Notes under the pieces: model-generated
Seen by the model: the letters and a program-made list of their open reading frames with translations, nothing else
What the model was told of the DNA's origin: nothing
The model's database searches: none
Shown: one piece after another, positions 61,777-64,000 of the stretch
How the letters are laid out: every line of letters begins with the position of its first letter
How positions within the stretch are numbered: the first letter of the stretch is position 1
Assembly: GCA_964247055.1 (NCBI GenBank)
Contig: OZ176058.1
Span: 2,976,001-3,040,000, forward strand
Source: Paragordius varius
Lineage: Eukaryota; Animalia; Nematomorpha
Direction: 5' to 3'
DNA length: 64,000 nucleotides
Made by a program: the position numbers and the translations under genes

Positions 61777-63173
61777 TCTATATATTTATAAAAATGGAAA
61801 ATGCTGGCTTTGTGATCTGGTACAGGAAAACCGGTAGACCCAATCAAATCCAAATATCGAAAAAATATAATGTCCCGACAATAGCTTCGCTCTTTTTTTA
61901 AAATAGGCCCCCTGTTCGGGCCCACCCCGTATGAAAAACGGTTAATTTTTGAAAACAGAAGTCCACAAAAATCTTGTCTCTAAGACAATTTCCCGAATAA
62001 CGTGTTGGACCATTCAATTTCAAATATGATTTTTGTTTACTTATTTTCGATTGCGCTGATGTCGTCTTGCTTTTTTAATTTAGGCCCTCTTTTTACCCGC
62101 TACCCCCGTAAAATGCCATTTTTTTCAAAAAAAAACAAAGTCCACAAAAATAATTTTTTAAATCTATTTTTCGCCCTAAAAAATTCAATAAAGATTTCAC
62201 GTATTCCCTGTTAAAAGGCAAAAATTTTAGTCAAGCGTTTCTATGATGATAGCTGCTGAGTAAGGAGCTACCCGCTAAAAACTGATTTTTCATGTAATTT
62301 TGTGATCTGTTTCCCGAAAACCGGTGAACCCAATCAAATCCAAACATCGAAAAAATATAATCTTTAATGAATGCCCCGACAATAGCTTCGCCCTTTTTTT
62401 GAAATAGGCCCCCAGTTTGGGCCCACCCCGTGTGAGAGATCACAAAGAGGGCATTTTCCCTTTTTATAAATATATAGCCTCTTTTTACCCGCTACCCCCG
62501 TAAAATGTTATTTTTTTCATAAAACAAAGTCCACAAAAATAATTTTTTCATCGTATTTTTTTGCCCAAGGTATGAAACCGTAAAAATTCAATAAGGATTT
62601 TTCGTATTTCCTGCTAAAAGGCAAAAAATTTAGTCAGGCGTTTTTTTGATGATAGCTGCTGAGTAAGGAGCTACCCGCAAAAAACTAACCCGTCATATCG
62701 AAATAGCGTGCTTTTGGGGCTAAATTTCAAAACCTATCAGGTCATATGAGTTCAATAGCTGCTTAAAGTATTACCCGTAAAAAGTCAAAAAATTTTAGTC
62801 AAGCGGATTTTATGAATCAACCGTTAAATAGGCTCTTTACTCCCTAAAATGCCCTATCATTGAACTATTTAGTTTTGAAACCATTCTTACATAAACTATT
62901 AGGACTGAATGATTATTCCAGGTATAAAGGCAAATTTTTTTATTCAACTACATTTTTATATTGGCCTCTGGGTAGGGGGCTACCCGCCTACAACGCGCAT
63001 TCATATCCATACAGCATGTCTTTGGAGCCAAATTTCAGAATATGACACTATGTGAATCATTTGAAAACTTCGTGCCGCATACCAAAATTGTCTATAAAAT
63101 TAAAAATGCCCCCCTCCCCTTAGAAGTTCGAAGGACCTCCTCGGGCTGCGTAGTAGCACGAGATTTACTCTAG
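61777..63173 (+). mobile_element. Complete 1397-bp non-autonomous Helitron (family H)
   Basis: A|TCTATATATTTATAAAAATGG ... GCTGCGTAGTAGCACGAGATTTACTCTAG|T; internal tandem duplication and repeat units. Confidence 0.88.
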
Positions 63174-63680
63174 TTGAATATAAATGATTCAGCCTGGTAT
63201 GTTATATTATATAATTTTTATTCATGGAAAATTCTCATATCATTTTACATATTTTACGTAATAATTGTTTAGGCACTAAATATTTTGTCTTGGTGCATTG
63301 TTTGTGAAAAGGTGCTTTAAAATGAAAACATTAAATAAATCAGAATTAAAAATGAATTAAATATTTTATTAAGATGTATATCACAATATATTTTAAAAAA
63401 TTTGTGTAATCTCGGCAGCGTTTGATTTTAGAAAACTAGCTCAAAAATCAAAATTTTATAAATATTATACATTTATATATAAAATATATTATATTATTAA
63501 TAGTTTTGAAATGAAGCCTTTTGTTTGCACGAAAAAATTTTATTGGCATTTAGAATTCATTGATTTCAGCAATTATCATAAAATATCGATTTCCTGAATC
63601 GCTGGTAATATTAAAGCCAAAAGCACCGGAGAATCGTGAAATATTATAATAACTTGGATTAATGTTAATTTCTAACTTTA
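63174..63680 (+). repeat. Continuation of repeat X
   Basis: TAAATATTTTGTCTTGGTGC, GTAATCTCGGCAGCGTTT, GAAATGAAGCCTTT and AAAAGCACCGGA match 46870-47340. Confidence 0.8.
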
Positions 63681-64000
63681 TTATAAATACTTTTTTTATA
63701 TAGTAACACTTTTTGACTATTTTCTTAATTAATAACTTTGTCCTATTTACTAAATTGCAATTATAATCAATCATAATAAATATAGTCTTAAAATATTTGG
63801 GTTATTTGGCACAGTAGGCTATATGCACCTGAACATTTGGCCTTGCGATCAGTGTGCATTATTGGCATTAAAACATATTAAAAAAACTTATATTGATACT
63901 TATACATTAAAAATATATATAATTATATACATGAAAAGTTTTTTAATATGGAATTTTATTTAGCCGTGTTATCCATTTTTACCCATTTTGTTTTTTGGCA

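Noticed and set aside
839-63774. Most remaining 60-110 aa ORFs in the supplied track
   Set aside because: They are F/I/L/K/N-rich chance frames in AT-rich introns or repeats, antisense to real exons or LINE ORFs, or start at non-ATG codons.
1-64000. tRNA, rRNA or snoRNA genes; non-standard genetic code
   Set aside because: No cloverleaf, rRNA-like or convincing box C/D or H/ACA structure was seen; both genes translate with the standard code without internal stops.

Overview
Very AT-rich invertebrate (metazoan) genomic DNA; nothing suggests a prokaryotic origin. Two intron-rich protein-coding genes could be reconstructed by hand with phase-consistent GT-AG junctions. They lie head-to-head about 11.9 kb apart: a 10-exon SLC25A46 homologue on the minus strand (1696-10605, 655 aa, with 27-nt and 32-nt introns) and a 23-exon FERM-PDZ-PTP phosphatase of the PTPN3/PTPN4 (PTP-MEG/ptp-1) family on the plus strand (22512-40844, about 1288 aa, catalytic motifs intact). 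The rest is transposon-derived: about 12 copies or fragments of a piggyBac-type MITE (often self-nested), three RTE-clade LINEs (one nearly intact, one with a PHD-like finger), several Penelope-like elements (one with an inverted upstream arm bearing a hammerhead-ribozyme-like core), a non-autonomous Helitron family with an internal satellite-like array, hAT-like and Tc1/mariner-like MITEs, and a foldback-like element just upstream of SLC25A46. The most unusual observations are an intronic array of copies of an SLC25A46 exon start that keep their splice acceptors, the ultra-short introns, a self-nested composite Tc1-type MITE carrying a piggyBac MITE, and the Penelope arm with the ribozyme-like core. 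All homology calls come from motif recognition by eye; no database search was run, and I cannot claim a wholly new biological system.
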